Source: Methanobacteriota archaeon | GTDB taxonomy: Archaea > Thermoplasmatota > Poseidoniia > Poseidoniales > Thalassarchaeaceae | Reading direction: 5' to 3' | Length of the DNA: 64,000 bases | NCBI GenBank assembly: GCA_002727275.1 | Contig: PBWO01000019.1 | Location: 15,260-79,259, forward strand | Shown: in pieces, positions 42,004-51,217 of the stretch | Position numbering within the stretch: position 1 is the first letter of the stretch | How the letters are laid out: each line of letters starts with the position of its first letter | Position numbers and translations under genes: made by a program | Notes under the pieces: generated by a model | What the model was told of the DNA's origin: nothing | The model's database searches: none | Seen by the model: only the letters and a program-made list of their open reading frames with translations

Positions 42004-42876
42004 TCATCCAGACTTTCGCCTAAATCCTGTTAACGAAAATATTGCAAATAGCATCAATAGTGCCCCATCCAACAAATCACCAGAGCCAGAAGGAGCCCAA
42101 GAAGCTAATTCCTCATATTCTGCAATTTCACTCCAAATTAGACGAGGGTTTTCTTCGCAATTTGATGAATCTTCAATGGTAGACATAGTCTCAATTGTCA
42201 ATTCATCTTCACAAGCATTAGAACTGTCAATTACGGTCTGATTTTCATATAATGTAGAAATGTAACACCAAGGTGACTGCTGAATAGTCCTACTTTCGGA
42301 GTGAATGTAGGTGCTTTGAGAGGACCAATTAAACCAATTTGAATCAACAATTGTATGAGAGCCATTCTCAGAAATAGTCCATTCTACAGAATATTGTGCA
42401 GTTTCCTCTAGATTAGTGGCAGTCCAAGTGACATGCAGAACATCTCCTTGAAGGTTTGATTGAGTGTTGAATTCTAGAGGCAGATCTGTCGGAGGATCTT
42501 CGCAAAGGTCAACGATCGAGCCGATTCCGACTAGTAAATTGAAACTCACAATTGCTAGACCCAGGAGGCCTACAAAGAATGGAAACCTAGAGCTATTTTT
42601 CTGAGGCAATACTACGGTTTCAGAGTTTTCTGGCTCATCTGGTAACTCAACTTCGAGATTATTTCCATTTACGTAGTCAGGATTTTCAAAAGTTGCAGTA
42701 GGGACTACAGGGGCGGCTATACCCATCTCATCCAATGCTTCTCTGCCATAGATCCTCTCTGCGAGCGAATACAACTCAGGATCTTCTTCTACCTCGGAAG
42801 GTTCAACAGTTCCATCGAGCAATCCTTTGACCTTATCCGCGTCATTCACGGTTGAGTGCCGATGCATATCATTCAT
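42004..42876 (-). CDS. Membrane protein with acidic extracellular beta-rich domain between two TM helices
   Basis: TM near aa 97-120, Ser/Thr/Asn-rich domain with Cys, C-terminal TM followed by RRK. Confidence 0.65.
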   Translation of the reverse strand: MNDMHRHSTVNDADKVKGLLDGTVEPSEVEEDPELYSLAERIYGREALDEMGIAAPVVPTATFENPDYVNGNNLEVELPDEPENSETVVLPQKNSSRFPFFVGLLGLAIVSFNLLVGIGSIVDLCEDPPTDLPLEFNTQSNLQGDVLHVTWTATNLEETAQYSVEWTISENGSHTIVDSNWFNWSSQSTYIHSESRTIQQSPWCYISTLYENQTVIDSSNACEDELTIETMSTIEDSSNCEENPRLIWSEIAEYEELASWAPSGSGDLLDGALLMLFAIFSLTGFRRKSG

Positions 42877-42906
42877 GAATCAAACGCTAAGAAAATATTC
42901 TAGAGG

Positions 42907-43854
42907 CTATTTCCTAGATATTGAGCGACGTGCGGCCTGCACGATATCATCAACAGTCAATCCCATAGTACGCATAAGGTCCGATGTAGAGCCACTTTGT
43001 CCGAATGTATCCCTGACTCCAACCATTTCTAGCGGAGCAGATACATTAGTCGCGAGGTATTCTGACACTGCCCCACCCAACCCTCCAATAACAGAGTGAT
43101 CTTCCGCGGTAACTAAACATCCACAAGATTCAATCTGTTTCTGAATTAATTTAGAATCTAAAGGCTTCAAAGTATGCATATCTACGACTGAAGCACTAAT
43201 TCCTTCAGCAGCAAGTATTTCGGCAGCATTCATTGCTTCAATTACCATTACTCCGCAAGAAATGATGCATACATCTTCTCCATTCTTAATCAGTGAACCC
43301 TTTCCTATCCTTAATTGGGCTACAGATTCTTCATTGTATATCCGAGGAGTTTTGTTCCTAGCCGTTCTCATATATGTGGCTCCATCATGATCAACCAATT
43401 GTACGGTTAATTCTTCTGCAGATAAATCGTCAGATGGAGTTATGACTGACATTCCCGGTATAGTTCTGTAGATGGCTAAGTCTTCAATTGATTGAGCACT
43501 GCTACCATCGGTACCGGTGTGAATTCCTCCGTGGCTACCACAGATATGGACCGTGATTTCAGGCCTAGCTATCCCATTCCTAACTTGTTCAAATGCTCGC
43601 TCTGTAAAAATAGCAAAGGTACTGGCAAACGGGATCTTGCCAGATGATGCCATACCGGCAGCAACCAGCATCATGTTTTGTTCTGCAATTCCCATTGAGA
43701 ATGTCCTATCGGGAAATTCTGTTCTAAAATGACATGATTTGGTGGATTTTCCTAAATCCGCTTCTAGTACTACGACTCTTGGATCTGATGCCAGTCGGAG
43801 TAGACCCTTTCCATATCCATCTCTGGATGCACCTCCCGATGACGGAGCACTCAT
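42907..43854 (-). CDS. Transketolase, C-terminal subunit
   Basis: ADLGKST, GIAEQN, RAFEQVR, TLKPLD, EDHS..GGLG. Confidence 0.94.
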   Translation of the reverse strand: MSAPSSGGASRDGYGKGLLRLASDPRVVVLEADLGKSTKSCHFRTEFPDRTFSMGIAEQNMMLVAAGMASSGKIPFASTFAIFTERAFEQVRNGIARPEITVHICGSHGGIHTGTDGSSAQSIEDLAIYRTIPGMSVITPSDDLSAEELTVQLVDHDGATYMRTARNKTPRIYNEESVAQLRIGKGSLIKNGEDVCIISCGVMVIEAMNAAEILAAEGISASVVDMHTLKPLDSKLIQKQIESCGCLVTAEDHSVIGGLGGAVSEYLATNVSAPLEMVGVRDTFGQSGSTSDLMRTMGLTVDDIVQAARRSISRK

Positions 43855-44681
43855 TTTAACTCCTCCAGTGCTAATGCTAACTCCTGATCATTTGGTGCTT
43901 TACCATGAAATGAGGGATTATTTTCCATGAATGATACTACCTTTCCTTTGACAGTATTTGCTACAATAGCAGCGGGGCCGGAATTATGTGATTCGGCCCA
44001 TTGTAAAGCATCAACAATTTCTTTCATTGAATGACCATCAATCTCTTTGACAGTCCAACCAAAGGAAGATAATTTAGCAGCCACATCTCCTACCTCCATC
44101 TGTAGGTGGACGAAATCATCATTCTGGATTCTATTCCTATCAATAATCACATTCAAATTACCAAGAGCATGGAAATCGGCAGCCATGAAGGCTTCCCAAA
44201 CCTCTCCTTCTTGAATCTCCCCATCACCAAGCATGACCCATATATTTCTCTCACTGTCATCCATTCTAGCGGCGAGGGCACAACCTAGGCCAAAAGACAG
44301 TCCCATTCCGAGACTACCGGCAGAGAAATCCACACCATCAGTCCATTTCATGTCGACATGACCCTGACAAACCGAGCCTAGTTCTCTAAATGACATCAAG
44401 TCACTTTCGTCAAGATATCCTATCTCATGCAATATAGAATAAACAGCGGGACTAGCATGACCTTTACTCATGATGAATCGGTCTCGATCGAACCAATTCG
44501 AATCATTGAGATCAATTTTCATCCTAGTTCCATACAAAGCGGCGAGTAAATCTATTGCAGACAATGAACCGCCAGGGTGGCCCGAATTAGCAGCATGCGT
44601 CATTTTAACAATACTTACTCTACATCGCCGGGCCATATCATCCAATGCTTGCAAATCTAGCCCCATCCCCCCATTGCGCAT
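43851..44681 (-). CDS. Transketolase, N-terminal subunit
   Basis: SGHPGGSLS, DRFIMSKGH, GSLGMG, GDGEIQEG, IDGH, TVKGK. Confidence 0.94.
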   Translation of the reverse strand: MRNGGMGLDLQALDDMARRCRVSIVKMTHAANSGHPGGSLSAIDLLAALYGTRMKIDLNDSNWFDRDRFIMSKGHASPAVYSILHEIGYLDESDLMSFRELGSVCQGHVDMKWTDGVDFSAGSLGMGLSFGLGCALAARMDDSERNIWVMLGDGEIQEGEVWEAFMAADFHALGNLNVIIDRNRIQNDDFVHLQMEVGDVAAKLSSFGWTVKEIDGHSMKEIVDALQWAESHNSGPAAIVANTVKGKVVSFMENNPSFHGKAPNDQELALALEELK

Positions 44682-44798
44682 GATACCAAACAGGTAGTTT
44701 GGCTATTGATGGTTTCCAGCATGAACATACATTCAAGAAGAGTCATAGTTGAATTAAAATTGCATGGCATGTACCAAGTAATGAGGGGGAGTAAACGG

Positions 44799-45983
44799 AT
44801 GTCAGATGACGATTGGAGGCAACGCCTATCTAGAATTGAAATACCAATTTCTGTTTCCTCTAATCAATTCGTAAAATCATGTCTTGACAAGTTAATCAAG
44901 ACTGGTAGACTTTCCAAAAATGACGGGATCAATTTGATGCTTGAACCATCTCTTGTTAGTGTCACTTCGTTAGCAAACATGGTCAAACTAGCTAGACATT
45001 CTGATAATGTATTCTACAATCGAAATCTGCATATCAATACTACAAATATCTGTACACTTGCATGTAGATTCTGTGCATTCCGTAAAGGACCTAAACACGA
45101 TGATGCTTACGAGATGATGCCGAATGAATACATTGAAAGAATCTCTCCTGTTGCTTCTGAAATTGATGAAGTCCATTCTGTAGGTGGTTTACATCCTGAT
45201 TGGAAAGTCGAGCATTATGCTAAGATATACTCTACTATCAAGAATGAATTTCCTCATATACATATCAAGTCATTAACAGCGATAGAGATAATACACATTT
45301 CAAAAAGATCCGGGATTTCTATTGCCAAGACATTAGAGATTCTAAATGAATCAGGACTAGATTCCATACCGGGCGGAGGAGCAGAAATTCTAGTCGATTC
45401 TGTGAGAGATAGGATTTGTCGTGGTAAAGAGTCATCTAATGAGTATCTGGAGGTTCATGCAACAGCGCACAAACTTGGTATCCCTACAAATTGTACAATG
45501 CTCTTTGGTACTGTTGAATCCACCGAAGAACGCATTCAGCATTTGATTCGTTTGCGTAATCAACAAGACACAACCAGTGGTTTCCAATGCTTTGTACCAT
45601 ACCCCTACTTACCAGATTTTTCTCGCCTTCCAGAAGCGCAATTAGCAACTTCGAGTGAAGTAGTAAGAATGATTGCAGTATCTCGTCTCATGTTGGACAA
45701 TATTCCCCATATCAAGGCGTATAGGATGAATTTGGGCGATCATCTCTCTGCAATCTGTCTTAATGCTGGTGCCGATGATATCGACGGAACCGTAGGCCAT
45801 GAGGAAATCATGCACGATGCTGGTAGCACGACTAGACTTGATACATCTGAGGCAGAGTTGGTCAGATTGATTATGTCATCGAACTCAACACCGATTAGAC
45901 GAAACTCTACTTATGATCATTTCATCGAGGTTGAATCCGATTTTAATGGACTAAGAATAAATCTTCCAGTAAATAGTTGGTGA
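44799..45983 (+). CDS. mqnE: Radical SAM aminofutalosine synthase (MqnE; CofH/MqnC family)
   Basis: TNICTLACRFCAF, VGGLHP (MqnE-like rather than the QGG of MqnC), PGGGAEI, HIKAY; next to mqnA. Confidence 0.8.
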   Translation: MSDDDWRQRLSRIEIPISVSSNQFVKSCLDKLIKTGRLSKNDGINLMLEPSLVSVTSLANMVKLARHSDNVFYNRNLHINTTNICTLACRFCAFRKGPKHDDAYEMMPNEYIERISPVASEIDEVHSVGGLHPDWKVEHYAKIYSTIKNEFPHIHIKSLTAIEIIHISKRSGISIAKTLEILNESGLDSIPGGGAEILVDSVRDRICRGKESSNEYLEVHATAHKLGIPTNCTMLFGTVESTEERIQHLIRLRNQQDTTSGFQCFVPYPYLPDFSRLPEAQLATSSEVVRMIAVSRLMLDNIPHIKAYRMNLGDHLSAICLNAGADDIDGTVGHEEIMHDAGSTTRLDTSEAELVRLIMSSNSTPIRRNSTYDHFIEVESDFNGLRINLPVNSW

Positions 45984-45987
45984 AATT

Positions 45988-46785
45988 ATGAGTTGGACAG
46001 ATGTTCTTGGACGGGTTTCTTTCAGTAACTGCGATCCAGTTTTCTATGGCATTTCTGAACGCTGGAAAGTTTTCTCTGCCCCACCTTCTTGGCTATGTGG
46101 TCACGTACTTAGGAGAGACTGTATTGCAGCTCCAATTCCAACTGCAGATTATGCCAAAAACAAAGACGAACTAATGTTACTTCCGGATCTAGCAATAGTG
46201 AGTAGAGAGAGTACAGGTTCCGTACTAATCTTTGGAAATAGACCATTAGAAAATATGCGCGATATCGCAGTTCCTACAGATTCTTCTTCATCAAGACAAT
46301 TACTAGATTGGATTCTAAATGAAAAGGGCCTAGACCCCAGGAGGGTAGAGATGGCACCCGATTTAGGGCAGATGCTCGAAGAGTGTGATGGCGCCTTAAT
46401 CATAGGTGATAGGGCCTTAATCGAGTCCAAATCAAATCCCAAACTAATCGTAATGGATTTGGGTGCAGAATGGACAAAAATTACAGGATTACCAATGGTT
46501 TTTGGCGTATTTGCCGCTAGAAAAGATACTGATATGATATCTTTGTCTGAGGCCCATTCAGACATGATTGAGCAACTAGACAAATTCTACAATGATCTAT
46601 CATGGAGAGCCGAGGTGATTAAGCAAGCATCAGCATCTACTGGACTAACTGAGACCAGATTAGACAACTATTACTCAACAGAGGTTTGGAACCTATTAGA
46701 TCCAGAAGCAGTAAAGGGTCTTGATTTGTACCTTGATCTGGTTTGCGGTGTTAGTGAAGGAGCGATTTGGGCTAAATTTGACTAG
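45988..46785 (+). CDS. mqnA: Chorismate dehydratase
   Basis: LGRVSFSNCDP, SVLIF, ALIIGDRAL, DLGAEW..TGLPMVFGV. Confidence 0.9.
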   Translation: MSWTDVLGRVSFSNCDPVFYGISERWKVFSAPPSWLCGHVLRRDCIAAPIPTADYAKNKDELMLLPDLAIVSRESTGSVLIFGNRPLENMRDIAVPTDSSSSRQLLDWILNEKGLDPRRVEMAPDLGQMLEECDGALIIGDRALIESKSNPKLIVMDLGAEWTKITGLPMVFGVFAARKDTDMISLSEAHSDMIEQLDKFYNDLSWRAEVIKQASASTGLTETRLDNYYSTEVWNLLDPEAVKGLDLYLDLVCGVSEGAIWAKFD

Positions 46786-47258
46786 TTATCATAATTCAGT
46801 CTCTTACTCTCAACCCATTCGAGCAAATCAATTGCTACCTCACAAGACTCAGAAATTACTGGCTCAGGATCATCTCTATACTGCATCAACGTGTCGATAG
46901 CAGTTCTATCACCTATTGCCCCTAAAGCTTCGGCAGCCTCATGTCTAACCATAAGGTCCTCATGATCGTCGCTCAAGCGCTCAATAAGACAAGGAACAGC
47001 ATACGAGTCTTGCATCTGCCCCATCACATACGCTATTTCGTGCTTTAGAAGAGCAGATTGAGATGAAAATGCTGCGGCCAATGCATCAAGAGCTTCAGGT
47101 CCCCCTTGATTCCTAAGTGCAAATAATGCCCTCATTCTCAAGAACATTTTCTCATTTTCATTACAAATTGTACTTCTCAATTCTGCGATTTTTCCACTAT
47201 CTGATGCTGGCGCTGGATCAACAGAACCAAATTCACTAACTTCGGGCTTATCTGACAT
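46782..47258 (-). CDS. Half-length deoxyhypusine hydroxylase-like HEAT-repeat protein (158 aa)
   Basis: SVDPAP, RALFALRN.GG, SALLKHEIAYVMGQMQD, MVRHEAAEALGAIG, ESCEVA: hallmarks of one DOHH dyad half. Confidence 0.88.
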   Translation of the reverse strand: MSDKPEVSEFGSVDPAPASDSGKIAELRSTICNENEKMFLRMRALFALRNQGGPEALDALAAAFSSQSALLKHEIAYVMGQMQDSYAVPCLIERLSDDHEDLMVRHEAAEALGAIGDRTAIDTLMQYRDDPEPVISESCEVAIDLLEWVESKRLNYDN

Positions 47259-48101
47259 TCATTCACCTATGAATTCCATGCTCTGAATATCGAATCTTTC
47301 ATCGACGAGGCCAATCTTCTGCCCTTCCGCCAGAAACCTCCTAACAGCTTCTCTACCATCTGGGCCATAATCAATTGTCCTAGGATTGACGTACATTCCT
47401 ACGAATCTTCGATTGGTATCATCGTCAATGCCTCGACCCCATTGCTTAGCAAATTCAAGTGCTGAATCTGGATTCTCCAGTGCATATTCGATACTATGAC
47501 GAATATCTTCAGCTATCGAACTGCACAATTCAGACCCCAGATCTTTACGTATGATATTGCCGCCAAGTGGCAAGGGCAGTCCATCAGTTCTATCTTGCCA
47601 CCATTGTCCGAAGTCAAGGATGTGATACATTCCTTCGTCCCTCCAAGTTAGTTGGCCCTCGTGAATAATTACTCCGAAATCATAGTCACCACGCTGTAGT
47701 GATGGAATGATATCATCAAATGGTACAATTGCAGTCTGCACATCGCCCAACGCTAGTCGGAGCGCTAGATAAGCACTAGTCCCAAGACCCGGAATCGCAA
47801 TGACTGATTCCTTCGCCTCGCCGATGTTGGATTCACTATTAGAAATTAGAATTGGTCCATATCCCTCACCCATGGATGCGCCGCAATTAGTCAATGAATA
47901 ATGATGTGAAATTTTTGGGAATGAATGAATGCTTACGGCAGATACTTCAAACTCTCCTTGAGCCGATTTTTGGTTTAGAGATTCGATGTCCAATAGTCGA
48001 TGTTCATACACTCTATCTGCGGTGTCGATTAGGCCGTTTGTCATTGCATGGAACATGAAAGCATCATCAGGGTCCGGGGAGTGTCCTATGCGTATGAGCA
48101 T
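47259..48101 (-). CDS. mqnD: 1,4-dihydroxy-6-naphthoate synthase
   Basis: GHSPDPDDAFMF, DIESLN, GEGYGP, IIHEGQ, LPLPLGG, MYVN. Confidence 0.94.
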   Translation of the reverse strand: MLIRIGHSPDPDDAFMFHAMTNGLIDTADRVYEHRLLDIESLNQKSAQGEFEVSAVSIHSFPKISHHYSLTNCGASMGEGYGPILISNSESNIGEAKESVIAIPGLGTSAYLALRLALGDVQTAIVPFDDIIPSLQRGDYDFGVIIHEGQLTWRDEGMYHILDFGQWWQDRTDGLPLPLGGNIIRKDLGSELCSSIAEDIRHSIEYALENPDSALEFAKQWGRGIDDDTNRRFVGMYVNPRTIDYGPDGREAVRRFLAEGQKIGLVDERFDIQSMEFIGE

Positions 48102-48197
48102 GCTATATTACGGTCGTGCGATTGCTAGTACTAAACGACTACTAATTACATACTTCGTGAAAGTAAGAGTCAATAGCCATGCTTCTGTCGAAAGTAC

Positions 48198-48392
48198 ATG
48201 CCAGACCCTTCCAAGTTGTCGACGGCTACAGGACAATTAGGTCCTGTTTGCTCCCATACTGGAAAGGCGATGACTTTTGCAGAAGCTATAGTATTGGATG
48301 ACAAATACGTCTGTTGGGAGGCATACATCGAACTCACAGGGGCTGAGCCTTCTACTGAAGGTAGAGAGATTGTCAATCTGAATTTGGATTAG
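48198..48392 (+). CDS. Small hypothetical protein (64 aa)
   Basis: Fills the gap upstream of priS; CxxxG...VC motif. Confidence 0.6.
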   Translation: MPDPSKLSTATGQLGPVCSHTGKAMTFAEAIVLDDKYVCWEAYIELTGAEPSTEGREIVNLNLD

Positions 48393-48426
48393 CCAAGTTC
48401 ATTTGCCTAGACTTCTGAATCACATC

Positions 48427-49638
48427 ATGGCAGAGGGCTGGAGTCGTTTCGCTGTCAGGTTTTCAGACTATTACAACTCAATATCTACCGATTCCATTTG
48501 GATGCCTCCTAGGTTTAGATCTAGAGAATGGATGTTCATACCTTGGGGGAATCTGCCACCGGCTCGTCATGTTGGATTTGGTACTAAACCAGAATTACAT
48601 AATTACCTGAAGATGAATTCGCCTCATTCATGTTTCCACAGTACTGCATACTATACAGACCCATTCCAAACAAAAATGGTCGATAAAGGCTGGAAGGGTG
48701 CTGACTTGATTTTTGATTTGGATGGAGACCACCTTCCTGGAGTTTCCGATCGCGATTTCCCAAGTATGTTGGAATTAATTCAAGAACAAGCATGGACACT
48801 TTGGTCGGATTTCTTATCTCCTGAGTTTGGTTTCGAAGAGAAGTATTTGCAGGTTTCATTTTCTGGGCACCGAGGATTCCATATCCACATTCGTGATCCC
48901 AAATATTTGCATCTTGACTCAAATGCACGCCGGCAACTAGTGAATCATATCCGCGGAGAAGGAGTTAATGTTCAGGCACTGATGAGTAATGACAGTGGAA
49001 GGTGGAAAGACCGTCTTTCTTCCGGGCAAAAAACTCTAATTGAAAAAATGAGAAACATTGCCTTGAAAAAAGATGAGAATGATATTATCCTAAATGAACT
49101 CGATGAAATCATGAAACAGAGACTTCGTAGTCCAGATTGTAAGATCCAATCGTTTAGCAAGAAGAACATATTTTCACTTTCTGAGCAATGCTTGAATGAT
49201 TCAAAGATTGAAAGATTAACTTCTGATTCATCAAAAACAGTTTTCGGTGAAAAAGGTACAGCCGCATTCTTTGAACTAGTGAAGGGCGACTCAGCAGTAG
49301 TTTTGGGTGAAGCTGGAGAGACTGATGAAAATGTCACAGTTGATGTTAAACGCGTTATTCGTTGGATAGGCAGTCTACATGGGAAATGTGGATTGAGAGT
49401 TACTGAACTACCCCTTAGTAGACTTGACCCTGAAACTTCTGATAGGTTTGATGCACTCAATGAGGCGGTTGTATTCAGTTCTTCAAATTCATTTAATGTT
49501 GAAATTATTCAGGATGATGTCCGCGCAAGGATATTAGATTGTGAAATCGAAGGTTCTACTGGCGATGTGTTCAACGTACCAGAGAGTATGGGGGGATTCT
49601 TAATTCTGAAAGGCTGGGCTAAGGTAATGCCGAATTAA
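48427..49638 (+). CDS. priS: DNA primase catalytic subunit
   Basis: REW, STAYY, GADLIFDLDGDHL, FSGHRGFH, DENVTVDVKRVIR..GSLHGK. Confidence 0.95.
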   Translation: MAEGWSRFAVRFSDYYNSISTDSIWMPPRFRSREWMFIPWGNLPPARHVGFGTKPELHNYLKMNSPHSCFHSTAYYTDPFQTKMVDKGWKGADLIFDLDGDHLPGVSDRDFPSMLELIQEQAWTLWSDFLSPEFGFEEKYLQVSFSGHRGFHIHIRDPKYLHLDSNARRQLVNHIRGEGVNVQALMSNDSGRWKDRLSSGQKTLIEKMRNIALKKDENDIILNELDEIMKQRLRSPDCKIQSFSKKNIFSLSEQCLNDSKIERLTSDSSKTVFGEKGTAAFFELVKGDSAVVLGEAGETDENVTVDVKRVIRWIGSLHGKCGLRVTELPLSRLDPETSDRFDALNEAVVFSSSNSFNVEIIQDDVRARILDCEIEGSTGDVFNVPESMGGFLILKGWAKVMPN

Positions 49639-49707
49639 CTGGGCTTGATACGACTCTCTTTCAGAGAACTTTCAATAATGGCGACTTGCTAACGCATACG
49701 TAGTCCT

Positions 49708-50436
49708 ATGAGCGATGCTGATGAAATCGATGAGTTACCGCTGCCACCACTGCCCCCTGGTATCTCTCTACCACCACCTCCACCTCCGCCACCATTGGAA
49801 GACCCGATAGAAGAAATTGAAGATACTGAAATTGCTAGCAAACTTATCGAAGATAACGATGAAGATTCGAATAATAGTGACTTCAAATCTCAATGGGAGA
49901 GTCGCAAGGCTAATGATCCAGCTTTAGCTTCAGATTCACGCGATAGTATGTACGGGCATATCGATAGAATAGCTACTGGTGAGGTCGGTACCCTGCTAGA
50001 TCGTTTTTCTGATAGATTCGGCTCAGAGCTCGACCGTGAGATCATTGTACTTAGGAAAAAGCAGCAGCAAGAAGTCAGGGCCGTCAAAGCAACTGTCGAG
50101 TTGATTAGTGCACCGGATACTCCCGAATCTGGAGAGGATGAAGGAGAAATTGATGACCACGGTTCTGATGATTTTGCCGAATTCTTCGATGTAGTCAATA
50201 GCCTGTTAGGAGATATGCCAGATGATTTTGTTCAACGTTTCCTAGCATCTGAATCATTCAAGTTATTCGAAAGTGTTGGTGCTGATCCCGATTCCACTGA
50301 TGAAACTACTCGCAAAGAGTTCTTTGCCATGATAAATGCTGAATTAGGGGATTTACCTCAGGATAAGATAAACGAGTTTGTCGAATCACCAGGGTTTGAG
50401 TTATTCACCAAGATGGGTGAGATTTACGGTGGTTGA
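49708..50436 (+). CDS. Acidic hypothetical protein with N-terminal polyproline tract
   Basis: PLPPLPPGISLPPPPPPPP; internal repeat (FFDVVNSLLGDMP / FFAMINAELGDLP). Confidence 0.7.
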   Translation: MSDADEIDELPLPPLPPGISLPPPPPPPPLEDPIEEIEDTEIASKLIEDNDEDSNNSDFKSQWESRKANDPALASDSRDSMYGHIDRIATGEVGTLLDRFSDRFGSELDREIIVLRKKQQQEVRAVKATVELISAPDTPESGEDEGEIDDHGSDDFAEFFDVVNSLLGDMPDDFVQRFLASESFKLFESVGADPDSTDETTRKEFFAMINAELGDLPQDKINEFVESPGFELFTKMGEIYGG

Positions 50437-51215
50437 GTATGGGATTACTAGAAAAAGCTGAGAAAATTCAGACAGATACGCCTGATGACGATCCTGCAAA
50501 GGCAGTTCCTGAACCCGTTGCTCAACCCGAACCCGTTGCCCCTGAACCAAAGAAGGAGAAGAAGTCACGTAGACGTGGTAGAAAGAAGAAGGCAAAGAAG
50601 GCAAAGAAGGAACGAGTTCCAAGAGTGATGCCTGATGGCTTTGAGCCAGCCGGTACTGTACGAGCATCGGGGAGATATCTAGTCGATACTACTGCTAATT
50701 GGGGGATAATGATACTCACAGCAGTAGTAATGAGTCAAGCTGACGCAGATCCTACATTCCCAATTATTGGCGCATTATTAATGGCATTAGGCAACATGTT
50801 CTACTTACCATCTAAGTTTTCAAAATCTACTGGCAATATTATCACCGGTACTCAATTTGTCAATACCAGAGGCGACAATCCAATGTTCCTCTACCATATA
50901 GCAAAGAGTGCCAACATCCCCATAATTCTAGCTGGTCTATTTGGTGCGTTGTTGTTAATCTCTGAAGGTACAGATTGGACTACTGGGACTAAGGTATATG
51001 TGGGCATTTCATTGACATTGCTATTAATTCCAATAATCGACCGATTCCTGCGAACACGTGGCGAGGAAAAATTGGGCTTCTGGGATAGGCTCTTTGGCGG
51101 GGTGTGGCTAGTAACAGCGGAAAAGACCCAATCCGATTCAGGATTTATTCAGAGATTACAATCTATAGGAGACTATGCTGAACAACGCGGAATGTTAGAC
51201 GAGAAAGATAAGTAA
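50433..51215 (+). CDS. RDD-like membrane protein with PEP- and Lys-rich N-terminus
   Basis: R....LVD, STG, GFWDR..G..LV pattern of the RDD family; four TM helices. Confidence 0.65.
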   Translation: MSMGLLEKAEKIQTDTPDDDPAKAVPEPVAQPEPVAPEPKKEKKSRRRGRKKKAKKAKKERVPRVMPDGFEPAGTVRASGRYLVDTTANWGIMILTAVVMSQADADPTFPIIGALLMALGNMFYLPSKFSKSTGNIITGTQFVNTRGDNPMFLYHIAKSANIPIILAGLFGALLLISEGTDWTTGTKVYVGISLTLLLIPIIDRFLRTRGEEKLGFWDRLFGGVWLVTAEKTQSDSGFIQRLQSIGDYAEQRGMLDEKDK

Positions 51216-51217
51216 TT

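Noticed and set aside
50508-50610. Short tandem repeats (GAACCCGTTGC; AAGAAGGCA)
   Set aside because: In-frame low-complexity coding (PEPVA, KKA); not CRISPR or a contingency locus
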